The notes: generated by a model from the sequence alone, not told the origin. 64,000 bases of DNA from Octopus sinensis (GCF_006345805.1 NC_043012.1:24490001-24554000); one strand, 5' to 3'; positions 40,869 to 55,253 are shown, counted from the stretch's first letter. Program-made: numbers and translations.

Positions 40869-41100
40869 GGCGGCGAGCTGGCAGAATCGTTAGCACGCCA
40901 GGCGAAATGCTTAGCGGTATTTCGTCTACCGTTACGTTCTGAGTTCAAATTCTGCCGATGAAGACTTTGCCTTTCATCCTTTCGGGGTCGATAAATTAAG
41001 TACCAGTTACGCACTGGGGTCGATGTAATCGACTTAATCCGTTTGTCTGTCCTTGTTTGTCTTCTCTGTGTTTAGCCTCTTGTGGGCAGTAAAGAAATAG
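40869..41100 (+). mobile_element. Full-length tRNA-derived SINE family A (octopus OR/OK-type), young copy
   Basis: A-box-like TGGCAGAATCGTT and B-box-like GAGTTCAAATTC; 11-bp TSD ATACATGTATA (40857-40867 and 41103-41113); CpGs retained. Confidence 0.9.
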
Positions 41101-41477
41101 ATATACATGTATACACTCACACACACATACATACATGCACACAAAACCAGAACAGGAGGAACATTTTGCAGGTTCTCTTAGACTGGTAAGATTGATGAAA
41201 TGTCAATGGGTGGAGTGGGTGGGGTTGGGGGGAAAAGGCTCAGCTCTGAATGTTTGTAATGTTGTGAACTCTGCTGAAAGCCTCCATGGAACCAATGGCA
41301 GACACTGTTACACCGGATGTGCATGTATCTGTGCATCTATATATATATGATACTGCACCATAGGATGTTTTCTTTTTTTTATCCCTTTTTGTAAAGTTAA
41401 CTGAAGTGATTGGTGTTTATTTGTCAGTGATTAAAACCTGAAGAGGGCAATGGAGAAGACTCGGTCGTTTGTTATTG

Positions 41478-41774
41478 TATACATTTTCTTTTATTATTAT
41501 TAGTATATTATTATTATTATTATTATTATTTATTATTTTATTTATTATTATTAATACATTCTATATTAGGAGTATTATTATTGTAGAAGACTACGCTACT
41601 ATCTTGATTATTATTACATTATTATTAGTATTATTATTATTATTATCATTATTATTATTATTATTACTACTAGGATTATTCTATTCATTATTATTATATT
41701 ATTATTATCATTATCATTATTATTAGTATTTTTATTATTCCTATACACTATTATTATTATTATTAGTACTTATT

Positions 41775-41805
<31 letters not shown>

Positions 41806-41857
41806 CTCTACTTTAGTAATTATTAGTATTATTATTATTATTATTATTATTATCTTA

Positions 41858-41891
<34 letters not shown>

Positions 41892-42030
41892 TACTACTAC
41901 TATTATTATTATTATTATTAGTTATTATTGTATTATTATATTCTATATTATTATACTACTACTATTATTATTATTATTATTATTATTACTACTACTACTA
42001 CTACTATTATTATTGTTATTATTATTATTG

Positions 42031-42064
<34 letters not shown>

Positions 42065-42095
42065 CATTATTCTTGTTGTCATTGTTGTTGTTGTT
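41478..42095. repeat. Long degenerate (ATT)n array; similar arrays at about 24208-24345, 25463-25520, 36388-36760
   Basis: Direct inspection. Confidence 0.95.
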
Positions 42096-42338
42096 GTTTC
42101 TTTCACCCATACTTAAAAGACTTAAAGCTCTGTCGCTGTGGTTGTAGTGTTATTGTGTGTGGATGTGTTGATGTTGGCTGTGTCGCTGTCTACTGATATG
42201 GTGGCCCATTTTTATGTGAGAATCCAGTTAAATAATTGAGAATTGATATTAACTTGACTCTCTAAGGTTTTTCTATTCAAATAACATGCATTGTACTGAC
42301 AACTGCTTTCTCAACACAACTCTCTACCTATCTACCTC

Positions 42339-42391
<53 letters not shown>

Positions 42392-43077
42392 TTCTCTTTC
42401 TCTCTCTCTCTCTTTCTCTCTGTGGGCTATTTACACTGTAAAGAAAAGTTCTCTTTTATCCCACTGTGAAATACATTATTCTGATTAAATCACATAAGTG
42501 TGTATGCACGATATATATATATATATATATACATACATATATATATATATGTATATGTATGTATATATATGTATATATATGTATATATGTATATATATAT
42601 ATATATATATGCATGTATGTATTTGTATGCATGCATATGTTTATGCATATAACTCTACATCATACACACACTTGCATGTGTGTATAATGTATGTATATGT
42701 GTGCAATACACACACACACACAAACATGTATATTTCCATATTTTTTTAATGACTCTCTTGAAAAGACCTTTTATCACTGAATGCTGTAGATTAGCAGATA
42801 ATCCCCCCCCCCCCCCCCGACATACACACATACAGCTACATTATTTTCCTTTCACTCTCTACATTTTTGATTTTTTCCCTTCTTTCTCCCTCTTTTTCCT
42901 TTGTTTTTTTTTTGGTTTTTTTTCATTCAATTTTTCTTTTCTTATTTTGTTTATTTAACACGTTCATCTTTCTCTCCTGTCTACAACAGTCATTTTTACT
43001 ACTCTGCCGATGTATATATTTTTCTGCGTCGTCTTATTTCTTCACTTGCTTTCTTGCATTACCATTTCTCAGTTTTC

Positions 43078-43123
<46 letters not shown>

Positions 43124-43216
43124 CTTTTCTACCCTTTGCATCACTTTGCAAATAATTTCTCATATCTGATATTTTTTCCTTTTTCATACACACGCACACC
43201 CGTATACATATATAAG

Positions 43217-43259
<43 letters not shown>

Positions 43260-43628
43260 TCATTTTATTCTGTCTGTTAATGCATCGCTAGATCTTTTAT
43301 TCATTAGTTGTTAGTATTTAACATTGCCATGAAGTTAGCACTAACCAAAATTCTTCAGAAACCTTTTTGTTATTTTCCGCACCCTCTCAACCCCCACCCT
43401 CATCTGTTCATGCAACATAGTTCAGGACCAAACTAGTAACTTCTCATTTGACCTACTAAATGTTTCTGCTTGTTCTCTATGGTCACAAACCCCTGCACTA
43501 TTAGAAATATGTTTTACCGGTAATACACAAAAACAGAATTCTGATTAAGGTAAAGGAGTTTCAGCCTCAAGATTCAAACTGTGAACATTAAAATGTCTCT
43601 CTTCTTTCTGTTGTCCTTCAATTTAAAG

Positions 43629-43664
43629 AGATGGCGGAAAGAGGAAGAACCTGTTAGTATTTAG
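43629..43664 (+). CDS. Possible 36-nt exon upstream of 44140
   Basis: Acceptor cttctttctgttgtccttcaatttaaAG, purine-rich body, donor TAG|GTTAGT (same hexamer as exons A and B). Confidence 0.2.
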   Translation, partial: RWRKEEEPVSI

Positions 43665-44139
43665 GTTAGTTCTGGAACCATGAACTTAGCCCAGCCACAA
43701 TTGTGTAGAAATGACTGTAAGATCAGAGTGAAAATAACTTCAGTTTAATAATGTATTGTAGTACCTAATACTCGAAGCTAGCGTCTGCATATTTCACTGT
43801 TAAGAGGTTAAATTGACCATGTCAAGTGTAAATATTCTTGGCTGGATATTCTGTTTCTGTGTTTTCTGGTAAACATGGGAGATAACACTGTACGTGTTTC
43901 TCCCTTTTTGAATGTTATCAGTGGAGATATTGACAGGCTCTAAACTGGCTGAAGTGGTAGCAAATGGATTATGAAGTAGATCTATGGAAATGAATGTTTG
44001 TCGGCCGAGAATGGAAAAAGTAATAAATAAAAAATAAAGAGTTGGAATAGAAATGAAATAATTCTGAGATGCTACCTACATGATAAATATTAAATGTGAA
44101 CCTGGTTTAGCATCTAGCTTGTGTCTTTTATCCTTGCAG

Positions 44140-44180
44140 ATGGATGGCTGTTGGGATGCTTACAACTAAAACGTTCTTAA
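44140..44180 (+). CDS. Candidate terminal exon (phase 0 MDGCWDAYN*; phase 1 DGWLLGCLQLKRS*)
   Basis: Acceptor gtgtcttttatccttgcAG; short stop-terminated frames; AT-rich UTR-like sequence follows. Confidence 0.3.
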
Positions 44181-46010
44181 ACATCTCATCTTTGTTGTCA
44201 AGTAGATACAAAAAAAAATAATATTGCTCCTGTTTTTTTTTCCTTTCATCAATGCCCTTCCTTTAAAAACATCTATTTGTTATTCTTTTCCCTAATTTAC
44301 TTTCTTAGGCTTCCATGCACAGATAGATACAGGCGTTTGTGGCTATGTTGATGCATATACATCTTATTACTGTATATCTAATTAGTGATATTAATAATAC
44401 CCATTCTATTTTTGCTGTGTAATAAACTATCTCTTTAATCTTGACTCTTTCATGCAAATAGACATTGAGAGAGAGATTGGGAGAATGTATACAGATACAC
44501 ATCAATATGATGTACTGAATGCATTTTCTATTGTCCTTAGTTTTATATTTCTATCCACTTCTTTTCTTTTATATTTTCATCCAAGTTCTTTGCATCTTGT
44601 TTGTAACTGTCAAGTTCCTCAATCTAACACCACTGTTTCTTTATCTTTGATTGCAAATGGGAAAGTTGTAAACTTCATGACTTCAACTGTTATATTGGCC
44701 ATAGATGTATGACATACTTACTGCAGGCTCACCATGACCTTACAACAAGGAGTAATTGCATAAGTACAATGCACTACACTGCGAAACACTAAAAATAAAC
44801 CCATAGAGAACATACACTAGTCACAAACAGAAATACCTGGATGCTGATGTATAAAACCAACAGTCATATTTAAAATTGGGCTGTAATGTTTATAATAAAT
44901 ACCTTGACCATATCTATTATGAAGAGGCAATTGCATACACTAACTTTACACTTTATCCTGAAGATGAGGCTGTGAAAGTCTAAGCATGTTGGTGATAGAA
45001 TTAGGAACTTTACTATTCCAAATGAATTCAAGGAATTCACATGATAAAAGTCCTTTGATAAAAATGGTAAAACCTATGTCATGTTCCCAATGCATATCTA
45101 ACAGAAAAGCTGTTGTTCCCTAAATAAGTGTGTGATCGTACATACATGCATATATATATATACATATATACATATATATATGCCTTCATTGCAGTTGGGG
45201 GTATTATTGTTATGCTTTCATTTGCATATTTATCTATCCTACCACCACCACCACCACCACCACCACCACATACCTCTCACCTCCACCCCAGCCCCACCAT
45301 CTAGTTAACATTGCTTTAAGTTTTATTGATTAATTAACACCATCTGGTATGTACTGTATAGCTACCAGACATTGACGATATTTTGGCATTCTCTGGTTAC
45401 GCACCACCACCACCACCACCACCACTATCACAACCATGACCATCACCAACAACAACGACATCATCATCATCATCATCATCATTACTTCTTACTAACACTA
45501 TAGCCATCATCACAACAACCATGGCTGTGGCCACTCTCTCTCTCTCTCTCTCTTTTGACAGCTTTATATAGCCTTGCCTCCTTACTACTGCTGTTTCTTT
45601 TAATACTGCTCTGACATCACCACCACCACCACCATCACCACTACCACCATCACCACTACCACCACAAACGATCATCACAACAATAATCACCACTAATACT
45701 GCTACTCTGTACCTGGTCCTCTTCTTTTCAATTCTGAATTCTTCCTCTGTCTTCTCCATTGCCACCACCTCCGTCATGCCATACACCACCACTACCACCA
45801 CCACCACCACCACCACCATCATCATCATCATCGTATCATCACCTTCACTGCTCTTTACCAATGCTACTTAGCTTTACAACTGTGCCATTGTATGCAACTA
45901 TAACAGCATTCATTGTAGCTACTTTTAAGTAGCACTGCTTCACACTGCTGCTAATGAAATCAATCATTCAGGGTAGGCCTATGTCAGAAAGCTTACCAAA
46001 CAACTAAACT

Positions 46011-46042
<32 letters not shown>

Positions 46043-46051
46043 GTTGTAGCA

Positions 46052-46104
<53 letters not shown>

Positions 46105-46667
46105 GGCTGGTTGCATTCTTTTCTTTTTTTCACTCCCCTATACCTAAAAGGGATACAACCATCCCCCCACCTAATTTTCATGAAGTATAAATTGTCTCTT
46201 TTATTCCGCAATTTCTAGTAAAATAGGATCATTCAAGTAAAACATTACATGCTGCTGCTGCTGCTGCTGCTGAAAATAATAATAATATAATAATAATAAT
46301 AATAATAGTAATAGTAATAGTAATAACAATGATGAGAGCAGGGAAGGAGGTGAAAAAATGCTAAAATTTTTTTTTACCTCTGTTGTTTATTAAGGGTTTG
46401 GTAATGTCTCCTCCTCCTGGACAGTTAGTGAGTTCCCTCATTTCTATAATGCATGATGTGTGATGTAGGGGAAAGCAAAGTGGATTTTGTTTCAATCCCC
46501 CTCTTACAATCATTTGGCTTCACTTCACTGAAATAGTTTTGTGTCTATGGGCAATGCATTCTTATTCATTACAACTTCCTCTCTTTCTCTCACCTAAATA
46601 TTTCAAGATATATATATATATATATAAAACAGTAGTACATCTCTAATTGTGCACACTGGAACTACTG

Positions 46668-46741
<74 letters not shown>

Positions 46742-46745
<4 letters not shown>

Positions 46746-46920
46746 TTAATCCAAACAAGAAAGCACAAAAAACAACAACGCGAGGACGTGGAACAAATAT
46801 AGTATTATTGGACGCTTAGGAAAGAAGGAGGGTTTAACGTTTCGAGCGGAGCTCTTTGTCGGAAACATAGGAGAAGGGAAGACAGAGGAAAAAAAATCGC
46901 CGACGGTACACAAGCGGTCG
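46742..46920 (-). mobile_element. Penelope-like pLTR fragment (P3) with mutated hammerhead at 46832-46866
   Basis: Minus strand reads gttt CCGACAA A GAGC-tcc-GCTC GAAAC GTT aaac; adjacent to (TA)n. Confidence 0.55.
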
Positions 46921-46934
46921 TGTGTGTGTGCTGG

Positions 46935-47252
46935 TGGCATGAAAAAGCATCATTCGAGCATGATTGCTGCCAGCGCCACCTTACTGGCACATGTGCCGGT
47001 GGCACGTGAAAAACAACATTCAAGCATGGTCGTTGCCAGTGCTGCTGGACTGGCCATTGTACCGGTGGCACGTAAAAGCACCCACTAAACTCTCGGAGTG
47101 GCTGGCATTAGGCAGGGCATCCAGCTGTAGAAACTATGCCAGATCAGATTGGAGCCTGGTGCAGCCTTCTGGCTCGCCAGTCCTCAGTCAAACCATCCAA
47201 CCCATACCAGCATGGAAAGCAGATGTTAAACGATGATGATGATGATGATGAT
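46935..47252 (+). mobile_element. SINE/LINE-tail family C ending in (GAT)n; other copies at about 5777-5955(-), 7978-8105(-), 12275-12360(-), 21533-21720(-), 23240-23440(+), 33395-33560(+)
   Basis: Shared ggcattagg(a/c)agggcatccagctgtagaaac and ccagcatggaaa..gaYgttaaacgatgatg. An RTE relationship is recalled, not verified. Confidence 0.75.
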
Positions 47253-47255
47253 GTA

Positions 47256-47450
47256 TTTATATATATAAATTCGTTCCCATGACTTTTCCTCCTATTCTTT
47301 TCCTCATTCTTTCTTTTCTTTCTTCTGATGAAGGGCTAGCATCTGATACATCAAAGACTCTTTCCTTTCCTTTTATTACTAATAACATCTTTGTTAAAAT
47401 TTGACCCCTTGTTTTGTTTTCTGTTTTTGCTCTCATTACTGTATATATAT
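47256..47450 (+). mobile_element. Penelope-like pLTR fragment with decayed hammerhead at 47321-47357
   Basis: tctt CTGATGA AGGGC ta GCATCT GATAC ATC aaaga; bounded by (TA)n on both sides. Confidence 0.5.
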
Positions 47451-48198
47451 ATATATATATATATCTTCTTCTGGACACATTCCAAACTATTGTTGAATTA
47501 ACTTAGATGTAACAGCCTATGAAACCCTTGTTGCTTTCACAGTGATACCGTGGCTGTTAGTTCTATAGTTGTTGTGGAATCCATATTCAACCAGATAAAC
47601 TTAGGCATTTCATAGTTAAGTGTGTTAGTCAATAGACACAGTATATTGGTCAGTAATGGTATAACATCTGTTAGCCTCTTGGGTGATAGTTTCCTTTTTT
47701 TCTGATGATGGCATTGCGATGCATACTCTGTCAGTTTTGAGCCTTCCATAGTTTGATCAACTGAACTATCTGTTTGTTAAATTACTGTATTAGTGGCTGA
47801 GTACTCCTCAGAGTTGGTTGAGACAAAATCTGCATGACACAGCATGTGACAAGGCTTGGACCTTTGAATTCCAGGTACAATCTATCTAAAGGACTGCCAC
47901 ACCCCATCACCATCTACTCAGTTTCATTCACAACATTTGAGTCTACATGAGTCTACCTGAGTCATTTTGCTTCAGATGTTATACATTAGGATTGAAACTT
48001 GAATCTCACTGTTACAAAGTGAACTTCTTAACCACTCGGCCATCTTATTGGCCAAATTATACACCCCTATCTATAATACCTCCCCGTTCCCCCTTTCTAA
48101 CCTTTAAGCTCTATCTTAAACTCTAACAAAATTATCTTCTGCTGGATAATTCAGACTAAAGACCAAAAAAAAAAAAAAAACAATTGATTTCATATTTA

Positions 48199-48258
<60 letters not shown>

Positions 48259-50871
48259 GTCTCTTTCTCCTACTCATGTATAACTCTGTCTTTGTCTTCA
48301 ACATATATACACTTCTTTTCTCTCAGTCTCTCTTTCATCTATTCTCTCTCTCTCTCTCTCTCTCTCTAATTCATTTTATGTCAATCTATTGTTTCTTCTC
48401 TTTCAACAACAATAAACTATTTAATATTCTCTCCTCTCTTTCCTCACATGCTCTCTCTCTCCCTCTCTCTCTCTCTATCCCTCTATTGTCTTTGGTACAT
48501 TCTCACATTATCTTCTGTAACACATCACCACCATTTTGTCTTCTTAATGTCCAAAGTTGATGCTGTTGCTGCAATTGTTGTTATTGCATTGCCATAGTAA
48601 TAGTTAATTAATAGTTAATGTTGTTGTTGTTATTATTACTATTATTATTATTATTGTCATAGTAATAGTTCATTATTGAATCGTTAACTATTTTAATGGC
48701 TTATTTAGACTTGTCTTTTGGATAGTAATTTTACAAGTTCTTTATTTCTCTTCTTAATTCTTTTTGTGTGTGTGTATGTGTGGGGGAGTCTGTGAGTCTG
48801 TCTGTGTGTCTGTCTACATTCCTTAGATTAAGAAATTATTTCCAGTAGTTTTTCTTTTTTTTTTTTAATTATCAAAATTTTAAAAAATAAAATAAAATAA
48901 ATAAGTGATGAAGGAAATTCTAACCTAGAGATTATTATTAAGTTTTATGTCTAGCAGGTAAACTAGGAAAGGTTGTGAAAGTTTATATTCTGAATATATA
49001 CATAACAATTTAGTCTTGCTCAGATAATTAAAAACCTTAGAATACATTTAGCTTGTCAATGTTTCTCTCTCTGTCTGTTTCACTTCCTCTCTTTCTCTAA
49101 CTCACTCACCTCACCTCTCATGAATTATTCATTATGTGCGAAAAGTTTTGGTAGCCACATCTTACCCTCCTCCTATAGACACGTTTACACACACACACAC
49201 ACACACACACCTAAATGAAATGCATTGAAACATGAAACGGTCAAAGACAAAATAATTTTTGGAGATAATAAACTTCTTTCAAAGGATCCATGTTTGAATA
49301 TTTTCATAATTATTCATGAAATCAGTTATGAATTATTATTATTATTATTTATTTTATTTTTTTTAATGTTTTATTGTTATCATCATCATCATCATCATCA
49401 CTGTCGTCATCATTACCATAGTCATCATTATCATTGTTATTTTGGCTGATAGTCTTTTGATTCATCTTGGGCTACTTTTCATTGCAAGTGGTTGTTGATT
49501 ATTACCAAAATATGTGCTTATCACATGAGTTAACAATGAAAAATTCCTAAATATGCAAATAAATAATTATGAAAAAAAAAAAAATTAAAACACACACCAA
49601 TACAGACAAACAAAACTACAGAATTTATTGTGTTTTGATTTTCTTTTATATTTTTGCTTAATTTAAAAGTTATATATTACAAAAAAAAAAAAAGATAGAA
49701 GGAAAAAATCTCTGGTCATCTTTTATATTGTAAATCATTAAAGATTGGTTGTGTTGTAGAGTTCTGGCCATCTGTGATACTATTAACCTCCACCAAGTCT
49801 TTGGATGTTTTAAATAGTTTTAGTTGTTGATACGTGTATGGGTGGGAGTGTTAATTGGTTAGTTACTATTGTACTTAGTCATTTATCAAATTTAGTAATG
49901 ATGGACTTGTTTATATATTGGTATACAATTCTTGCTGGTAAGAACAAAGTTTCTAAAATGAATGGAATAATTTGAAGATTGCTTTGGTACAATGGTAGAA
50001 CGTCTATCACATCTACAGAAAATATGGGTTCAAATCAAACATTCAGCTTTCACTTTTTCCATCCAAGGCTGTTTTTTTTTTCAACCTAATATTATTTAAT
50101 AGCTTGATCTACTTCAAGTTTACTAGTGAAATTATTTATTTTATGTCTATTACAGTTTCTAAATTCTTATGATATATGCATTTATATATATATATAGATA
50201 GATAGATAGATGTGGGTGTGTGTGTGTGTGTATGTATATATATATATAATCACCGGGTCAAAGGATTTGAGAAATTCATAGGTTATAAAAAATAAAAAAA
50301 AATAAGCTAAACAGGACAATATTCTAAAAGCAGAGCAGATTGTAGTTTATGAATTGTTTTCTTAGAAATTCACTTCGTGCATAATAACATTTAGATCTTT
50401 AGAAGTGTGTTGTATTAGGAAACATTTAATAAATAAATGCATGTGTGCTCACCCCCACATCTCTGAAATATGGCCTGCATAAATTGTGATGAAATCTGTT
50501 GATTTTTTAGCATTTTGACCGTTGATGATTATGTGTCAATGGCAGTCAACTGGTTGTCAGTAATGTGCAAGTGAGAGATTTTTCTGTAGTAATAAAACCT
50601 AAACATCTAATGGTATTATGGTATAGGCACCACAAATAGTAAATCAGTCTGTGCGTCATAGTTTGTCTATGTCTCTAGTTATGACTATTAAAGCTAAACT
50701 GTCTGGCCCCCTCTTAATCCTGTATGTAGTACCTCAGGGTTCCCCCTGCTTACTGCTGTGGTCACTGTCCTCTGTTGTCAGCAACAACAACAGTGCAATA
50801 AACCTGACAAGCATTTCATTTGTTCACTCTGTTTGTGATCAATTCTTCTGAAGGCCAAATGAAAGAAATAC

Positions 50872-51103
50872 CTATTTCTTTACTACCTACAAGGGGCTAA
50901 ACACAGAGAGGACAATCAAGGACAGACAAACGGATTAAGTCGATTACATCGACCCCAGTGCGTAACTGGTACTTAATTTATCGACCCCGAAAGGATGAAA
51001 GGCAAAGTCGACCTCGGCGGAATTTGAACTCAGAATGTAACGGCAGACGAAATACGGCCACACATTTCGCCCGGCGTGCTAACGTTTCTGCCAGCTCGCC
51101 ACC
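50872..51103 (-). mobile_element. Full-length SINE family A, young copy
   Basis: About 92% identical to 40869-41100 by hand alignment; 13-bp TSD AAATGAAAGAAAT (50857-50869 and 51106-51118). Confidence 0.9.
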
Positions 51104-51489
51104 TTAAATGAAAGAAATGAAAGAAATGGTTTAGTCCACCTCCCTACCTCTTGTGCAAAATATAGAATGGTATTCAATGAACTAACACCTAACTCCGTGT
51201 ATATGTGTGTGTGAGTGTGTGTTTTTATTTTTCTAAGATAGAAATTTCTGGGTGGGTGACAGCTGGAGATATTGGGAAATATGTAGAGAAGTTGGTTTTT
51301 TTCCTCTTCTTATTTTCATACTCATCCCTGCCACCCATCTTAATGCATTTTTACTAAATAAACATTATTCTGGATATTACAGGTTTTTAAAAGTGAGGTG
51401 TAAATTTCTGTTTGTGTAACAGTTAATGAGCATCAGTATTTGTTAATTATTCAAAACACTCATCACAATACTCTTGTCTGTGTCTCTCG

Positions 51490-51805
51490 GCCTACCAGCA
51501 CTCTGTCGGTTACGACAATGAGGGTTCCAGTTGAACCAATCAAGAGACTTGCCAGCTCGTGAAATTAATGTGCAAGTGGCTGAGCACTCCACAGACACAC
51601 GTACCCTTAACGTAGTTCACAGTGAGGGTGAGACTCAGTGTGACACAAGATGTGACAAGGCTGGCCCTCTGAAATTCAGGTATGACTCGTTTTTGCCAGT
51701 CGAGTGGTCTGGAGCAACGCGAAATAAAGTGTCTTGCTCAAGGAAACAATGTTTCACTGGGTATTGAACTTATGATTATGAGTGCAATACCCTAACCACT
51801 AATCC
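51490..51805 (-). mobile_element. tRNA/CORE-type SINE family E (fragments also at about 47790-47900 and 54540-54680)
   Basis: Minus strand has gtggttagggta...gttcaatacc head and ccttgagcaagacacttt CORE-like block. Confidence 0.65.
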
Positions 51806-52145
51806 AATACTTTCACTTGAACCAGTTTATAACAACAGTTTACACCTACATATCTGTCGACTATAAATATAGACATCTTTTAAATTTGTTCACAGGAAAC
51901 GTTTTGAATATGCAAATTAAGCTCCTATTCCATTTTGATGATCAATCCGATGTCCACGGATACCATGGACTACACTGTAATTATCCCAGGAATATGGACT
52001 GTGATCTTAAGAGTCATGTGATCTATGGAAATGAGCAATGCATTAAATGTATTTAAATTTCATCCAAGGATTATTGTTATTAACACCCTCTCTCACTATA
52101 TATATATATACATACACACATACATGTATACATATATACATAGAT

Positions 52146-52188
<43 letters not shown>

Positions 52189-53410
52189 TACATATATACA
52201 TATATATATGTTTGTATTTAAGTGTTTTTCTTTATGTTGAGTTATAAACAAAAGCAGTTTAGGCTTAAACGAAAGAAGTACTCAATACTTTCCATTTGAA
52301 GTATAACATATTTTGTTATGTTTTTACAAGAAGGGTAACAGCTAACTTCAAAAGACAGCAGACCAGTACTTCGAAGTCACTGTCATTCCTCTTCTTTTAA
52401 ACATATAATATATATCTGCATGCATGTGTGTGTGTGTGTGTGTGTGTAGTAGGCTCTTGGAGTTTTTTTTTTTTTTGCCTCTAAAGAAAATTCATTTGAT
52501 CCTAATGTATGAAGAAAGAAAAATGCTAGTGTCACAAATAACATGATATTCTTCGATTAATGAACAACAACAAAAAAGGAAAGCAAATTATTGTGAAATG
52601 TTTGAATAATTCTTCACACCCACCTACGAGTGTTCCACTATAACCACTCTCTCTCTCTCCCTCGCACTTTCTTCTCTCCATCATTTTCTCACTGTGTCTC
52701 TCTGTGTGTCTGTCTGTTTGTCTCTCTTTCTCTTCAGTTCTCTTTCTAGCTTAAGCTCTCTGCTTTGGTAGTTCGAAATACCAGTTTTAACTAAGAAACC
52801 TGTAAACACACACACACACACACACATACACACATACACACACACATTTATATATGTTTATGTGTGTCTGTTGATTGAGTATGTTTCAAAAACATAACCC
52901 TCCCCCCTCACACACACACACACACACACACAAAAAATGCTGTTAGATTCTTTCAAGAAAAGGAAGGAAAAAAGTTTAGAGTGTTAGTGGTGGTAGTGGT
53001 GGTGGTGGTGGTGATAGTGTCACTTTATTTTTTTAATTTTAATATATTTATTCCATCAAGTTCAAGATGTGATTTTTAGCTAGTAGAGGATGTTTTTTTT
53101 TTATCTTTTAAAAAACAAATTATTTATATTTTTAAAAATTTCTTTATTCTTCTTTTTGGTTAAATATTTATTTCTTATTTTCTTGATATACTGAAGTGGA
53201 CTATCTTCCACTGAGCTCAAGTAAAAGTTTTAATCCTATTTTCAAACTGCAATCTTTATGGTGTTGAATAAATTGATTTTTCTCTCCTCTTCCTAATTAT
53301 CCAAGTCATTTTAAGTTGTTTTAGCTTCATTTAGATCCCCTATCGGTGTGCAATACAAACATTTATAGAAATAACTGATTGCAAACACATTTCATTTCCA
53401 AGCTTTTTTT

Positions 53411-53424
53411 CTTCATCACCATCG

Positions 53425-53456
<32 letters not shown>

Positions 53457-53610
53457 TTCTTCTTCTTCTTCTTCTTCTTCTTCTTCTTCTTCTTCTTCTT
53501 CTTCTTCTTCTTCTTCTTCTTCTTCTTCTTCTTCTTCTTCTTCTTCTTCTTCTTCTTCTTCTTCTTCTTCCAATCTTTACATTATTATTATTATTATTAT
53601 TATTATTGTT
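53411..53610. repeat. Compound (ATC)n-(TTC)~38-(ATT)n microsatellite
   Basis: Pure TTC run at 53456-53570. Confidence 0.95.
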
Positions 53611-53835
53611 GTCGTTTTTTTTCTTCCTTTCTTTCATTTCATTCATCCCTCATTTCTTTCTGTTAATCTAATGATTCAAATATCTAACTATCCCAAACTA
53701 TTTTTCTATATTTATCCCCCTCCTCACTCTCCCTTATCACACTCTTTTTAAATGATCATATCAGCTAGTTTCATCATTACAATTATTATTATTATTATTG
53801 TTATATAAATAACGACTGTAAATAGTAAAGGTATA

Positions 53836-53869
<34 letters not shown>

Positions 53870-54054
53870 GCAGTAGTTCTAGCAGTTTTAGTAGTAAATC
53901 TGTTTTGGTGTTTTTTCCTGGTTAATTGAAGATGTTTCCTCCAAATCTAATTAGCATTCCTTTTAAGCTACAAATTTTTTTGTTTTTGTTTTGGAGGGCT
54001 GGTGCTATTTCAGTTTTTTGTGTACTTTTTTTTTAATCATACATACATATATAT

Positions 54055-54105
<51 letters not shown>

Positions 54106-55133
54106 TTTCTTTTCTTATTGCTACTTTGAGAAATCTTTCTGAATCTTGATCTGCAAAAATAAATTTTATTTGTTGATGTGATTATAAACTGGTTCCAGGG
54201 ATAGTTACCGATGAAATATTAACGTTTGTTTGACTCAAGATATGGTTGTTGTAATTATTTTAAAACAGTTGTTGTTACTGTTTGGGCCCTGGTTTAGAAA
54301 CCTGATAAACCAGACACACACTCAAAAGTATTTCAGCTGTGAGTCCCTTCTTGATTCTTTTGTTTTGGAGGCAGGGGTATCTTTTAATGTGAATCTAGGA
54401 CTAAATTATCCAGTATTTTATTTCTGTCTGTCTGTCTCTCTTTTTGTGAGACAGCCATGTGAGAGTTACCAAAGATTTCATTGTTATTTCTAATAGGTCG
54501 AGTAACCGTAGTAACCGTGCAGGAACTCCCTTGAGGGTTCAATACCATGCACTGTTAATACATAGTAAATCATGTGGTTTTTGATTCATGGATCAGGCAC
54601 TGCACTGTGTTCTTCAGCAAGACACATCATTGCATGTTGCTTCCCTCCACTCAACTGTAAACGGTTGACCCTGCTAGGGATTGGTAATATTGGGAGCTGG
54701 TCCAATTAGTCCTCAGACTTGGGGCAGCAATATCCATGGGTTGTTGATGATGATGACTGCAGAGAGGCAGGAACATAGGCTGTTGCTGTAGTCGTGCTTT
54801 GAAGAAAGCTTCTTTCATTGTACAATTCCTTGCAAAACATGGGAGCAAATGAGGAACTCTCTATTCACTCACACTCAAATGGCTTCCCAATTGCAGTTGA
54901 ATCACCTTCAAATTTTCAAATCTCATTCTTAATAAAAATAAAAAGGAAAGACACATCAGTTAAGTAGTCTTAGATACACAGCGTGGAAAAAGAAGGCAGG
55001 AGTGATGGTCATGTTTAGAAGCTCTTTGGTCATATGTCTGCTTGATTAGATCTGACCTGCAACTAAACAACTAGTAGACCATTTCTCACTATTTTTATTT
55101 TGTGGTGAAATGCTCACTGGTATATGCAAAATA

Positions 55134-55204
<71 letters not shown>

Positions 55205-55222
55205 GCTGTACTTAGTTATAGC

Positions 55223-55253
<31 letters not shown>

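Noticed and set aside
40869-40950. tRNA gene
   Set aside because: A/B boxes are present but there is no complete cloverleaf; it is the head of a multi-copy SINE with a TSD.
44140-44169. Naming the host gene from MDGCW (Meis-like) or IR/MD starts (PMCA-like)
   Set aside because: Only 2-4 residues match and the rest disagrees; no symbol is justified.
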